Below are positions 10,088-19,700 of a stretch of 64,000 nucleotides of DNA, piece after piece. Source of the stretch: a virus. The position numbers were made by a program, and so were the translations under genes. The notes under the pieces were generated by a model, which was given only the letters and a program-made list of their open reading frames with translations, made no database searches and was not told the DNA's origin. Each line of letters begins with the position of its first letter. Position 1 is the first letter of the stretch. The DNA is taken from positions 1 through 64,000 of IMG/VR virus record IMGVR_UViG_3300008267_000040. One strand, 5' to 3'.

Positions 10088-11739
10088 TATCTGTAATCCC
10101 ACATATAGGACCTATCACCATATTCATCTGTATACCATCTATCACCATTATTATCCACAAAGGTTGTTTCCATTTCCGATAATCCATCAGATATAAAACC
10201 AAAAGGTGACATATCCTGCTCTATCTGATTTTTTTGTTCATCGTAAATTCTTTTGCGGATATCATTATCCGTCATTTCCTTAAAGTATGGTTGAACAATC
10301 AACCAGGATAATATGACCAAACACATTGCTAAGTCATCATTACAACCATCCTCTGCTTCAAATGATTGACTCTTTTGAATAAAAGTAGTTAACTCACTGA
10401 TTACATCATAGTCTTTGATAATTAATTTATCATCTTCTATAATTGTTTTTAAGTTTGAGCATCCAACCTTTTTAACATTTTTAGACATCTTTACACCAAG
10501 TTGAGATTTCTTCCCAGAGAAACCTTGCCCCACTAATTGACCTGCACGACCTCTCATCGCACACATCAAAAGATTGCTATACTCCAAATCGAAGTGGAGC
10601 ATATTTGATACTTGCTCACCAATATCATTCACCTCCACAAGAATATATGAGTAATTATATGCTCTCCCAACTTTGTCAATAATTGATGGAAATAGGATTG
10701 GTTTTATATCATTATCTCTATATTTTGCCACTAATGTATATGGGAAAGTTGTTATGTCAACAACAACAAATGCAGAATAATCTTTACCAGTTCCTCTAGC
10801 AACGTCAACTGTCATCATATAATTATGGTCTTTTATTGGTTCCTCATAAACATCAAGACCTTTATTTGATGTCAGTGGGTCTTCATATACCATTGAACGA
10901 AGTTTTGATGGTGCAATCAATGTATCAACCGAACCCAGGAACTCGCATTCAAATTCCTGTGTAAACTGACGTTCAGAAGTATTGCGTATCGTTTCTTCTT
11001 TCCATGCAGCATCTCTGCCAGGAACTGCACTCCAGTGAACTTCCAATGGTCTATACCCATTTCTACCCCTCTCGGCATCGTGCCAGAGTTTGTAGAACAT
11101 GTTCATCCCATTTGGAGTTGAGATGATAATAACCTTAGTTGTCTTACCAGAAGAAATTGTAGGATATACAGAACTAAAGAACTGTTCTGCAATATGATTT
11201 GGAATGAACGCAAATTCGTCCAAGAAGATGATATTAAATGAGTTTCCTCGGACAGCAGATGATGAGGTAGATGCTGCTACAATCTTACTACCATTCTCAA
11301 GTTCTAATGAACCTTTGTTCCAAGAACCAACACCCTGCTGTAACCACTTGGGTAGGTTCTCATAAGAAAGTTGCAATCTTTGAAGAAGTTCTCTAGCAGT
11401 TTCTGCTTTGTTTGCAAGGATTGCAATTCTTATGTTATCATTAAACAAAGCATAGTGAAGCAAATATGAAACTACGGTAGTAGATTTCCCTGTCTGTCTA
11501 GGTAATTTCGCAATATTAAATCTATTATTATGGAAGTTTGAAATTAACTCTTTTTGAAAATCATACATTTCAAAGGGAATCAAACCTTCATCAAGTGAAA
11601 CAATCTTGACATAGTTCATTGCAAAGTAAACTGGGTCGTCTTTGCACCTTAAGTATTCTTGAATTTGATCTGTTGTAAATTCAATTTGGACATTCTCTGC
11701 CTTAAGGTTTGGATTGCCCTTATAATGTTTTTCAGTCAT
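10087..11739 (-). CDS. gp17: Terminase large subunit gp17
   Basis: Walker A PRQTGKST, Walker B IIFLDEFAF, ISTPNG, nuclease VDVARG...DYSAF and DDLAMC; uninterrupted. Confidence 0.98.
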   Translation of the reverse strand: MTEKHYKGNPNLKAENVQIEFTTDQIQEYLRCKDDPVYFAMNYVKIVSLDEGLIPFEMYDFQKELISNFHNNRFNIAKLPRQTGKSTTVVSYLLHYALFNDNIRIAILANKAETARELLQRLQLSYENLPKWLQQGVGSWNKGSLELENGSKIVAASTSSSAVRGNSFNIIFLDEFAFIPNHIAEQFFSSVYPTISSGKTTKVIIISTPNGMNMFYKLWHDAERGRNGYRPLEVHWSAVPGRDAAWKEETIRNTSERQFTQEFECEFLGSVDTLIAPSKLRSMVYEDPLTSNKGLDVYEEPIKDHNYMMTVDVARGTGKDYSAFVVVDITTFPYTLVAKYRDNDIKPILFPSIIDKVGRAYNYSYILVEVNDIGEQVSNMLHFDLEYSNLLMCAMRGRAGQLVGQGFSGKKSQLGVKMSKNVKKVGCSNLKTIIEDDKLIIKDYDVISELTTFIQKSQSFEAEDGCNDDLAMCLVILSWLIVQPYFKEMTDNDIRKRIYDEQKNQIEQDMSPFGFISDGLSEMETTFVDNNGDRWYTDEYGDRSYMWDYR

Positions 11740-11915
11740 AAACTATTAAAATTTAAACTTGCTAGTGTTTCTTGATACTTTAAATGGAGTTTTACATATG
11801 ATTTTGCAATATTTTTAAGTTGCTCTACATCATTGCATGAATCAATTTCCCTTGAAATCCTTTCGTATTCAAAGTTTTTATTTAGGTTTTCTAGGGTTAT
11901 TTTGGACGGATCCAT
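11736..11915 (-). CDS. 59-aa helical protein (missing from the track); NblA-like candidate
   Basis: MDPSKITLENLNKNFEYERISREIDSCNDVEQLKNIAKSYVKLHLKYQETLASLNFNSL*; ATGA overlap with the gp17 start; fills an otherwise empty gap. The ORF is well supported, the function is tentative. Confidence 0.7.
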   Translation of the reverse strand: MDPSKITLENLNKNFEYERISREIDSCNDVEQLKNIAKSYVKLHLKYQETLASLNFNSL

Positions 11916-12927
11916 TCTGTTCTCCCGTGAATAATAATGGTTTTGTGGGGTCTTTTGGGGTTGGTTTCCAAGATAGAACTATTGCTCCTGGATATATTTT
12001 ATTAATTTCAAATGAAACTTGCTCTTTTGATGGTCTTGTAAATTGTGGGAAGAATATTTGAACCCCCAAAGTCTTGCCCCTCCAGTTTAACATTATACCA
12101 TAAGTTGTGCCACGAGATTGTATAAAAGAATAATTTTCTTCTACTGAAGAACCTCTTAGTGGAGATGGTTTAATGATATCAGTAAATATGTACTCAACTG
12201 GTTTAAATTCATCTCTCCAGTTTGAGTAATCATAACTTTCTTTTTTGGTTTTATTTCCCCAATTTGCTGCTCCAACTTTACGACATTTAACTAATGCCCC
12301 AGATGCATAAGCACTGGGCCATACAGAGTAACGAGATTTTACCTTACTGTAGCAGGCATCCTTTTTCTCAATAATAGTCTCTTCCGTTGCAACATTAGTT
12401 GGTTTTGCTGCACCTGTCTTTTCTGGTTGATTTGGGTCTTTTCTATTTTTTCTTCTAAATGCTTTATCCTCTTCGTCATCTGATAAGTTTGCTGCCATCT
12501 TAGAACTTCCACATTTTGGAGTAGAGGTTTGTCCTGGTTGACGGGCACAAGGAGCACCTGCATATTTACCTCCAAGTTGTCTCCAACCTGGAACTTTTCT
12601 TCCTGTTTTGGGGTCAGTTGCACTTGATTTTCTAAACCAATCCCCAAGGGTTTCATCTCCAGATGCTGTCTCTTCTTTTATCTTCTCTGCTTTTTTTAAT
12701 CTAGAATAATAATCTGGTAATTCTTCAAGATGCTGCAATGCAATCATTCTTGCCATCTTCTTACTTCCAGTATGTTCACTCTCTACTTTAATTCCCATCT
12801 CCAACTGAGAATTTAAAGCATCCATTGTGATTTTGTGCTTTTTCACAATTTCTTCTGGGGACATATATTTTTTGATAGGTCCCTTTGGGTCAGTTGCTTC
12901 TGAAATAAATTGAGAAAAAGGTTTCAT
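11878..12927 (-). CDS. Modular basic protein, probably an internal head protein (DUF5661-like and DUF5872-like segments)
   Basis: MKPFSQFISE N-terminus; LEMGIKVESEH...IALQHLEELPDYYSRL and KKDACYSKVKSRYSVWPSAYASGALVKCRK modules; CTAAATA at 12949-12955. Confidence 0.65.
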   Translation of the reverse strand: MKPFSQFISEATDPKGPIKKYMSPEEIVKKHKITMDALNSQLEMGIKVESEHTGSKKMARMIALQHLEELPDYYSRLKKAEKIKEETASGDETLGDWFRKSSATDPKTGRKVPGWRQLGGKYAGAPCARQPGQTSTPKCGSSKMAANLSDDEEDKAFRRKNRKDPNQPEKTGAAKPTNVATEETIIEKKDACYSKVKSRYSVWPSAYASGALVKCRKVGAANWGNKTKKESYDYSNWRDEFKPVEYIFTDIIKPSPLRGSSVEENYSFIQSRGTTYGIMLNWRGKTLGVQIFFPQFTRPSKEQVSFEINKIYPGAIVLSWKPTPKDPTKPLLFTGEQNGSVQNNPRKPK

Positions 12928-12947
12928 TTGAAAAATAAGTTCTCTAG

Positions 12948-13388
12948 TTATTTAGAATCTTCTACCTGTGCGAGATTTTGCTTAAGAAGTTTTTGTAGTT
13001 CTGCAGTAGAACCAACAAATAGAGTATTGTTATTGGTAACACTTCTTGGTGCTGAAGGATCTTCTTCTTTTAATTTTTTCATTTTCTGCTGAAGGTCCAA
13101 TAACTTATCTGTTGTGTCCGCAACATTTTTAATTAACTGTCCAGCGACTTCAAATGCTCTTGGTGAGTCGGATTGCTGTGCTATTTCTAATATACCATCA
13201 ATTGCTTCTTGTCCTTTTTCAATTAAACTATAAAGTTGTCCTCTAGTATAATCATAATCGTAGTCACTCTCATCGTCTCCTTTCTTTGGTGATTTTACTA
13301 TTTTTGGAGACTCAGAAACTATTTCTTTGGATATTGATGATACTTCTATATCTAAAGACTCATTTATTGCATCAAAATCATTTTTCAT
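12948..13388 (-). CDS. gp16: Terminase small subunit gp16
   Basis: DYDYTRGQLYSLIEKG, PRAFEVAGQLIK and NNTLFVGSTAELQK motifs. Confidence 0.93.
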   Translation of the reverse strand: MKNDFDAINESLDIEVSSISKEIVSESPKIVKSPKKGDDESDYDYDYTRGQLYSLIEKGQEAIDGILEIAQQSDSPRAFEVAGQLIKNVADTTDKLLDLQQKMKKLKEEDPSAPRSVTNNNTLFVGSTAELQKLLKQNLAQVEDSK

Positions 13389-14431
13389 ACATCAGCACCT
13401 TTTCTTGAACTATAAATTCTTCCATCTCCAAAATCAAAACGATTCTCATCAAATCCAAATTCATCTCCGTAAGTTATCAATTCTTTATCTGCTGAATTTA
13501 TTACATTGACCGCATCACCTTCTTCGTGAATTCCAGGCAAACTATTATCCCTTCCTCTAGAAACATCAATTGTGTTTCCTGTAATTTTGCTAATAAACAT
13601 TTCCTCGGCATTTATCATAATATAAGTATCAACAATTAGTGAAGATGAATCTGATACAAGAATTTGAGTGTCGTCCCTATCTACATTCCTAGTCAATACT
13701 GTTGTTGCATCATTATTATAATCTTTGATTGGTCTTGGTTCTGCAGTATATCTTAATTGTCTTGTTGCATTGGCTCTATCTGTATTTGAATAATAATCAA
13801 CCTGCACTTTTTTAATTATTGGAGATTTTGTATCGGAAATGGCACCAAAAATAGCAGTCTTTGCTGTAAAATTTAAAGTATATACTAGACTTCTTCTTGT
13901 TGAGTAATCACCCTCATAATCATCTGACATTGCTATACTTTCTAAAATTATTGGAATATCTCTTTTCTCACCAATAGAATTTACCAAATCTACAGTAACA
14001 TTAAGTTGTGGCTGAAAGTATGGGAGTATTTGCTCAATAATTTGAAGCATGTCATCTTGATACTTAGTTATAATACTAAGTTGTATTCCTATATTATAAG
14101 GTGCTGGCATATACACCTGAACTGGTCCAGTTCCAGATTTATTTGCTTGAAATGTTTGTATTGTTGATACTTTTCTTGATGGGTCATACTGAATGCCAGT
14201 CATTTCAAATGACATTCTCGGTAAAGTTATAGCAACCCTGTTTCTAGGATCTGGTTTTTCATCAAGTCTTGATAGAAATTTTTGAATTGGTCCATACGCA
14301 ATAGGAACTTTGATAAGGCTAATATCATTATCTGCCCCATCTTGATGTCTAATCTGGATATTATTAAATAATGTTCCGAAAGAAATAATTGTTCTTTTTA
14401 TTATCTCGTGATATGCGTATTTTCCAAACAT
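13385..14431 (-). CDS. gp15: Tail sheath terminator/stabiliser gp15, with an extra C-terminal domain
   Basis: FGTLFN, VPIAYGP.QKF, LPRMSFE and QIIEQILPYFQP motifs; CTAAATA at 14453-14459. Confidence 0.93.
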   Translation of the reverse strand: MFGKYAYHEIIKRTIISFGTLFNNIQIRHQDGADNDISLIKVPIAYGPIQKFLSRLDEKPDPRNRVAITLPRMSFEMTGIQYDPSRKVSTIQTFQANKSGTGPVQVYMPAPYNIGIQLSIITKYQDDMLQIIEQILPYFQPQLNVTVDLVNSIGEKRDIPIILESIAMSDDYEGDYSTRRSLVYTLNFTAKTAIFGAISDTKSPIIKKVQVDYYSNTDRANATRQLRYTAEPRPIKDYNNDATTVLTRNVDRDDTQILVSDSSSLIVDTYIMINAEEMFISKITGNTIDVSRGRDNSLPGIHEEGDAVNVINSADKELITYGDEFGFDENRFDFGDGRIYSSRKGADV

Positions 14432-14455
14432 TTCATTAGTACTAATATAATATAT

Positions 14456-15880
14456 TTAGAATTCCCCAAAGGGATTTTTCTCAGAGAAATCAATGATGGT
14501 ATCTGCCTTTTCTTCAATAGTGTGGTTTTCGGCAAAGGCATCATAGATATTGTCAGTTATTATTGATAATACTTTATAACTTGCTCCTGCACCAACAACG
14601 GTTTCACCTAATGCAAAATTTCCACTTACAATAGAAACTTTAAGAATTCTTGTATCATAATTCCAACTCTTGACATATGCACTAGTTCCAGTTGAAACAC
14701 CTCTAATGACTTCATTAAACTCATAATCTCCTGTTGAAATCCCGACTGGAGAATCTATTTGTAATGTTGGGGGATTTGCCTGAGATAAGTGATAATTTGA
14801 ACCAGCATTTGTAAATCTCACTGCAGTAACTATTCCTGCTGATGTTAATACTACTTCTGCTGTTGCAGAATTTATACCAGATAATGGGAACGGTGAATTT
14901 GGATCAACAGGACCAGAGAATCTAACTTTAGGAACAGTAGAATACCCAACACCACCAGAATTTATTATGATAGGAGCAAGAACACCATCAGATATGATTG
15001 CTGTTGCAATTCCACCACTTCCAGCAGAACTATTGCTCTTTATTGTTATTGTTGGTGGGATTGTATAACCAATTCCAGGATTTGTAATAAGAATTTTACT
15101 TATAGAACCTCTATCCAAAATAGATATTCCTTCTGCCCTTATTCCAAATCCACCAGGTTTCGAGAAAGTAATAGTAGGTGGTGACTTATATCCATAACCA
15201 CCATCAAAAATATCAATTCTTGCAACTGATTTTCCAGAGATTCCAGGGTAACGTGCTGTAGCAAGACCAACGGAAAGTGAGGCAGAAGAAGCAGCAGCAC
15301 CAACCATTTGTAAAGTGGCAATATATCCAAAATCTTTCACATTCTTATCAACATCATCTAATCCAGTATCAATAATTTCATCTTCATATTCAAAGAGCTC
15401 ACAACGCAGCTCATAAACATAGAGATTGTTCAATTGATAAAAAGGTGTTTTTGATTCTACATATTTTATTTCAAATAGTGCATTATCTAGTGGCAAATAA
15501 ATCAAATCTCCTTCTTGTGGTCGTTTTGCGGTCTTTATAATTTCTTTGCTGAATAAACTCAGTTTTGGTGTAATAAAATCTTCATATCTCTCTTTGGATA
15601 TAATAAAAGTTATTTGGTCCGTACTTCTTACCCCAAACTTACTTAAAATGTCTGCGTTACCACCAAATCCATCAAAAGTTGATATATATGCTTCTAATCT
15701 AAAACTGTCATCAAATTTTGATACAATTACCTCTTTAATTATTTTTTTCTCATTAATAATCTTTCTGGGCATGTAAACAACATCTTGCCCATAAATTGAC
15801 AATTGTTCATTGATTAAATCCTGAACTAATCTTTGTTCACTTGGTGAACCTTGTAAAAAATAGGAATTTAGTGGAGTCAT
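14456..15880 (-). CDS. gp14: Neck protein gp14 with inserted GxGY-repeat domains
   Basis: EQ..IYGQDV.YMPR, LSKFG, RPQEGDLIY.P, PFYQL and C-terminal DFSEKNPFG motifs. Confidence 0.93.
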   Translation of the reverse strand: MTPLNSYFLQGSPSEQRLVQDLINEQLSIYGQDVVYMPRKIINEKKIIKEVIVSKFDDSFRLEAYISTFDGFGGNADILSKFGVRSTDQITFIISKERYEDFITPKLSLFSKEIIKTAKRPQEGDLIYLPLDNALFEIKYVESKTPFYQLNNLYVYELRCELFEYEDEIIDTGLDDVDKNVKDFGYIATLQMVGAAASSASLSVGLATARYPGISGKSVARIDIFDGGYGYKSPPTITFSKPGGFGIRAEGISILDRGSISKILITNPGIGYTIPPTITIKSNSSAGSGGIATAIISDGVLAPIIINSGGVGYSTVPKVRFSGPVDPNSPFPLSGINSATAEVVLTSAGIVTAVRFTNAGSNYHLSQANPPTLQIDSPVGISTGDYEFNEVIRGVSTGTSAYVKSWNYDTRILKVSIVSGNFALGETVVGAGASYKVLSIITDNIYDAFAENHTIEEKADTIIDFSEKNPFGEF

Positions 15881-16692
15881 TATCCAATCATATCCATTGG
15901 AGGAAGTTCATATTCTGTCTTAAGTGCTCTTTCTATTTCTTCTAATTCTCTAATTGCATCTTCATACAACTGTCTTCCATTTAGACTTATTCCGCCAGGA
16001 AGTTGAACACCATTAAATTTAATCATATTTTGTCCCCACTGCCTTTTAATTAGAGCAGTTAGGTATCTTTTTAACCAAAAATCATTATAAATTTTTGGAA
16101 AATCATTTGGATTTACAATTCTATAGCAATCTAAGACTACGTACTGGTCAGAAACTTGCTGCCAATCAATATCTAGATATAATCTGTGTTGTTTTTTATT
16201 AAATCTCAATTGAACATCTGGAGTTAATATTCTACTAATATCCTCTAAATGAGTTTTCACCATTGCATAGTTTAATAAATCTAATGCACCATAATAGTAT
16301 AAATCATTTAAAAATATTTGATATTTAATATTAAATAAACCACTTGATATGGTACTAGAATCAACTTTAAATACATTATTTACACCAATAATAGTATCTG
16401 GCAAGGCAAGGAAATTTGTTGTTTCTTCAAAATTAACCACAGTTACTCCAATTCCAGCAGTACCTGTAGTTGTTTGAATACCAGATCTAATAATACTTCT
16501 TTCTGATGATGAGAGTTTATGCTTTAAGTAAACTCTTTCTATCCCATCAAAATGCCTTTCGTGGAAATATTGCAATGCATCATCGACCAAATCACCGATT
16601 TGGTCATCATCGACATTTATCTCTAAAACTGGTTTCCCAAGTTTCCTGAGACAATATTCTATTAAACCTTGACGAGAATTTGGTGATGCCAT
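15880..16692 (-). CDS. gp13: Neck protein gp13
   Basis: YCLRKLG.PVLEINVDDDQ and ALIKRQWGQN..KFNGVQLPGG..LNG motifs; ATAAATA at 16718-16724. Confidence 0.94.
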   Translation of the reverse strand: MASPNSRQGLIEYCLRKLGKPVLEINVDDDQIGDLVDDALQYFHERHFDGIERVYLKHKLSSSERSIIRSGIQTTTGTAGIGVTVVNFEETTNFLALPDTIIGVNNVFKVDSSTISSGLFNIKYQIFLNDLYYYGALDLLNYAMVKTHLEDISRILTPDVQLRFNKKQHRLYLDIDWQQVSDQYVVLDCYRIVNPNDFPKIYNDFWLKRYLTALIKRQWGQNMIKFNGVQLPGGISLNGRQLYEDAIRELEEIERALKTEYELPPMDMIG

Positions 16693-16720
16693 TGCAATAT
16701 ATACACCCTATAGAAGGTAT

Positions 16721-19700
16721 TTATGCTTGTGCTTCTGACCAACGCAGAACTAGATTGCTCGTAATGTTACTGCCATTTGTTAAGTAGACGTTAATTGCAA
16801 GAACATCGGGGCCATTCGGGAATGTGCCTCTTCCACCAATTGGTGTGTTGTTAAGCTCTTTAAGTTCGGAGAGGTCAATGGTTGACTTATCTGTTGCTGT
16901 TGCAACAAAAGAGAATACAGTTTCTCCAGGTGCAGCAGATACGGTGTTTGCTGTAAATGTGTAAGTAGTTCCTGATGGACCAGAATTTACAGAGTTAGAA
17001 AACTGCACATAATTTCTATTCGCATCACGTCTAAAAATATTAATAACTCTTGTACCACCAGGAACACCTGTTCCACTAACAAAGAATCCAATTCTTACAT
17101 TTGCTACATCTACTGCATTAAAGACTTGATACTGTGTAAAATAGTTTTGAACTTCTGCTGTTGCTGCATTTATTGTTTGTGCTCCACCTTCCCAAGTAAT
17201 TGCAGATGCGTTGGCAATTTGTGCAAATGATGGTTGTCCACCAGCACCCTGTGATGTAAGAGTAAACCACTGAACTAAAGATGGATTTGATGGATAGTTG
17301 GAAGGATTCAAAATACCTTCAATGATGACTGCTTGTGATGTTGAACCACCTGTTGGAGTGAATTCGAGTGACTTCAATAGCAATTGTGCTCGGTTTATTA
17401 ATTCTCTCTGTCCTAAGTCTCCAGTAATCGCATTTGAAACACTAGGAGAAAGTCGAATCATGAATGCAGTCGTCTTTGTTGTTGATATAGTTCCACCAAC
17501 ATATGGATAGTTAAAAATATATCCCCTATCACTATCAAATAAACCATCGGTTAAGAATGCAGAACCCCAGTGACTGATTACTGGAGTTGCAGTATTACTT
17601 AATAAAATAGCACCAGAACCTTCCGAGTGGGATGCTGCTGCTCCTGCAGTATATGTTCTAAATGAACCAGAAGAATAATTTCCGAATGATGCTGCTCTTG
17701 TGATACCAGTTAAAGTATTTCCAGATTTTCCTGTATAATTTATTAATTCATTATCAACATAAATTGTTCCTGAGGATGGATATAGAGAAGCATCTACTAG
17801 GGAAACTGTTGTTTGTGATTGAGATATAGTTGAAGCAAGTTTAGATTTGGGACCTTCATTGATGACTTCATATCTAACTGGTAGGTTACCAGATCTCATA
17901 TATGCTTCTGTATTTGAGTTATTATTCTTTAATCTATGAACGAATAAGTAATTTCCATCTGGACCACGTAACATCCAATCGATAAATCCAGCACCATACC
18001 AAGTATATTGGAAACCAATCATTTGCATTTTATTGATTTCAATTTCATAACCACTAGCACCAGTTCCATCAGCTTTATCGATATTCCATTGAGTTTGTGG
18101 AATAATTCTATCTTGAACTAATGTTGCTTTTGCACCTGAAATTGAACTTACCCCTCTAAAGTCTGGTGATACCGTAATCGCATTATTTCCAATAATTGTT
18201 GTTACAACATGAGTCATTCCCCTAATAACAATTCTATCTCCTACAACTAATTGATCAGTAAATCTTGTATTTGCTCCAGTCACCAAATTGGAATCTGGAG
18301 TAGCAGAAATTGTTCCAGCAAGTTGGAATGTTGCCGATCTTAGTCCAACTGCCAAATTAATTCCATCATATTGCCAGAAAATACCATTTTGGTCATCAAA
18401 TGCACCAGCACGTACTGTTGCACCTTTCCATCTATAAAGTGATAAAGTGGGTGGTCTTCCCAGAACTGGACTTGTTGATGCCAATGAATTTACTGCTAGT
18501 ACTGTAAATGTGTTCTCATTAATTACGCTATTTACAGTATAATGACCATTATATCCTGGAGTTTCAATATTACTAATTGCTACCTCTGCTCCTACCTGAA
18601 CACCGTGTTCAGTGTCATCAGTTGTTATTGTAACGACACTTCCAATTGAGGTTGATGCTGCAGAAACACTTCTAATATCATAACTTGGTGCGAACAAAGC
18701 ACCAGTGGTGTACATTACACCTTTACCTGATTGATATCTAATATACTTTTTGGATTGACGAACTGCATGTGCTCCATGGGCAGGTCCACCGACACCCAAT
18801 TGAACTCCACCATCAAAAGGTCTATGAACATAGAAGCAGTCTGGTCTTGGGTATACAGTTCCAGCAATTCCAGATGCCGAAACAGAACCAGGTGTTCTTG
18901 CATTAAAAACAATTGAATTGCTAGTTGGAGTACTGTCAATAACGAATGGACCTGATGCTAATGAATGTCCTGTTCCCGCAGAAGTTACTGTTGATGTAAT
19001 GGTGTCTCCTGGAACGAGACCATGTGCATTTGCAAATGAAACCTGGAATCTTGCTAAAGATGAATGAGAAATTGAAGCACCATCTGAAATTGGAGAAGAT
19101 GTCAATTCCGAAACAGCAACTGATGGGAAGAAGTTTAATATTGCTCCAGTATTTGGTGTTCCAGTAGCAACTACTGTTTGTATTCTTCCTCTTGTTGAAC
19201 TATCTGGTGTAGTAGTAGAAACTGTAATGAATAAATCATTCGATGGAGTTGTTCCTCCTAATAAATTTCCCAAAATCTTTAATTGGTAACCTGGGAAATA
19301 TCCAGTTCCTTGAGCATCAGGAGTTACAATATACCCACCAGCAGATTTTGTAATATTAAATGTTCCACCAGAACCAGTAAGAATTGGAGCAACATTGGTG
19401 TATGAAACATTTCCAGAAATAGAAGTTCCAGAAACAGTAAATGCAGAAATTGCACCACTACCATCTACAGAAGTTGCTGTAATAACTAAATTATTTGTTC
19501 CAGAAGAACCACCTAAAACTGAACCATCAATTGTAATGGTATCGGACAAAGCATATGCCGATCCAGTTGATGTTTGTCCTGTTCTAAAAGTTACAGTATA
19601 TGCTCCAGAACCAGATCTATAAACATCAAATTCTGCACCAACACCAAAACCAGTTGTTATTCCTGTTATACCAGAATAAGTTCTATAACTTGGTACTGCA

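Noticed and set aside
5037-11739. Introns, inteins or homing endonucleases in gp20, gp18 or gp17
   Set aside because: The ORFs are continuous and of normal length, with no intein or nuclease motifs
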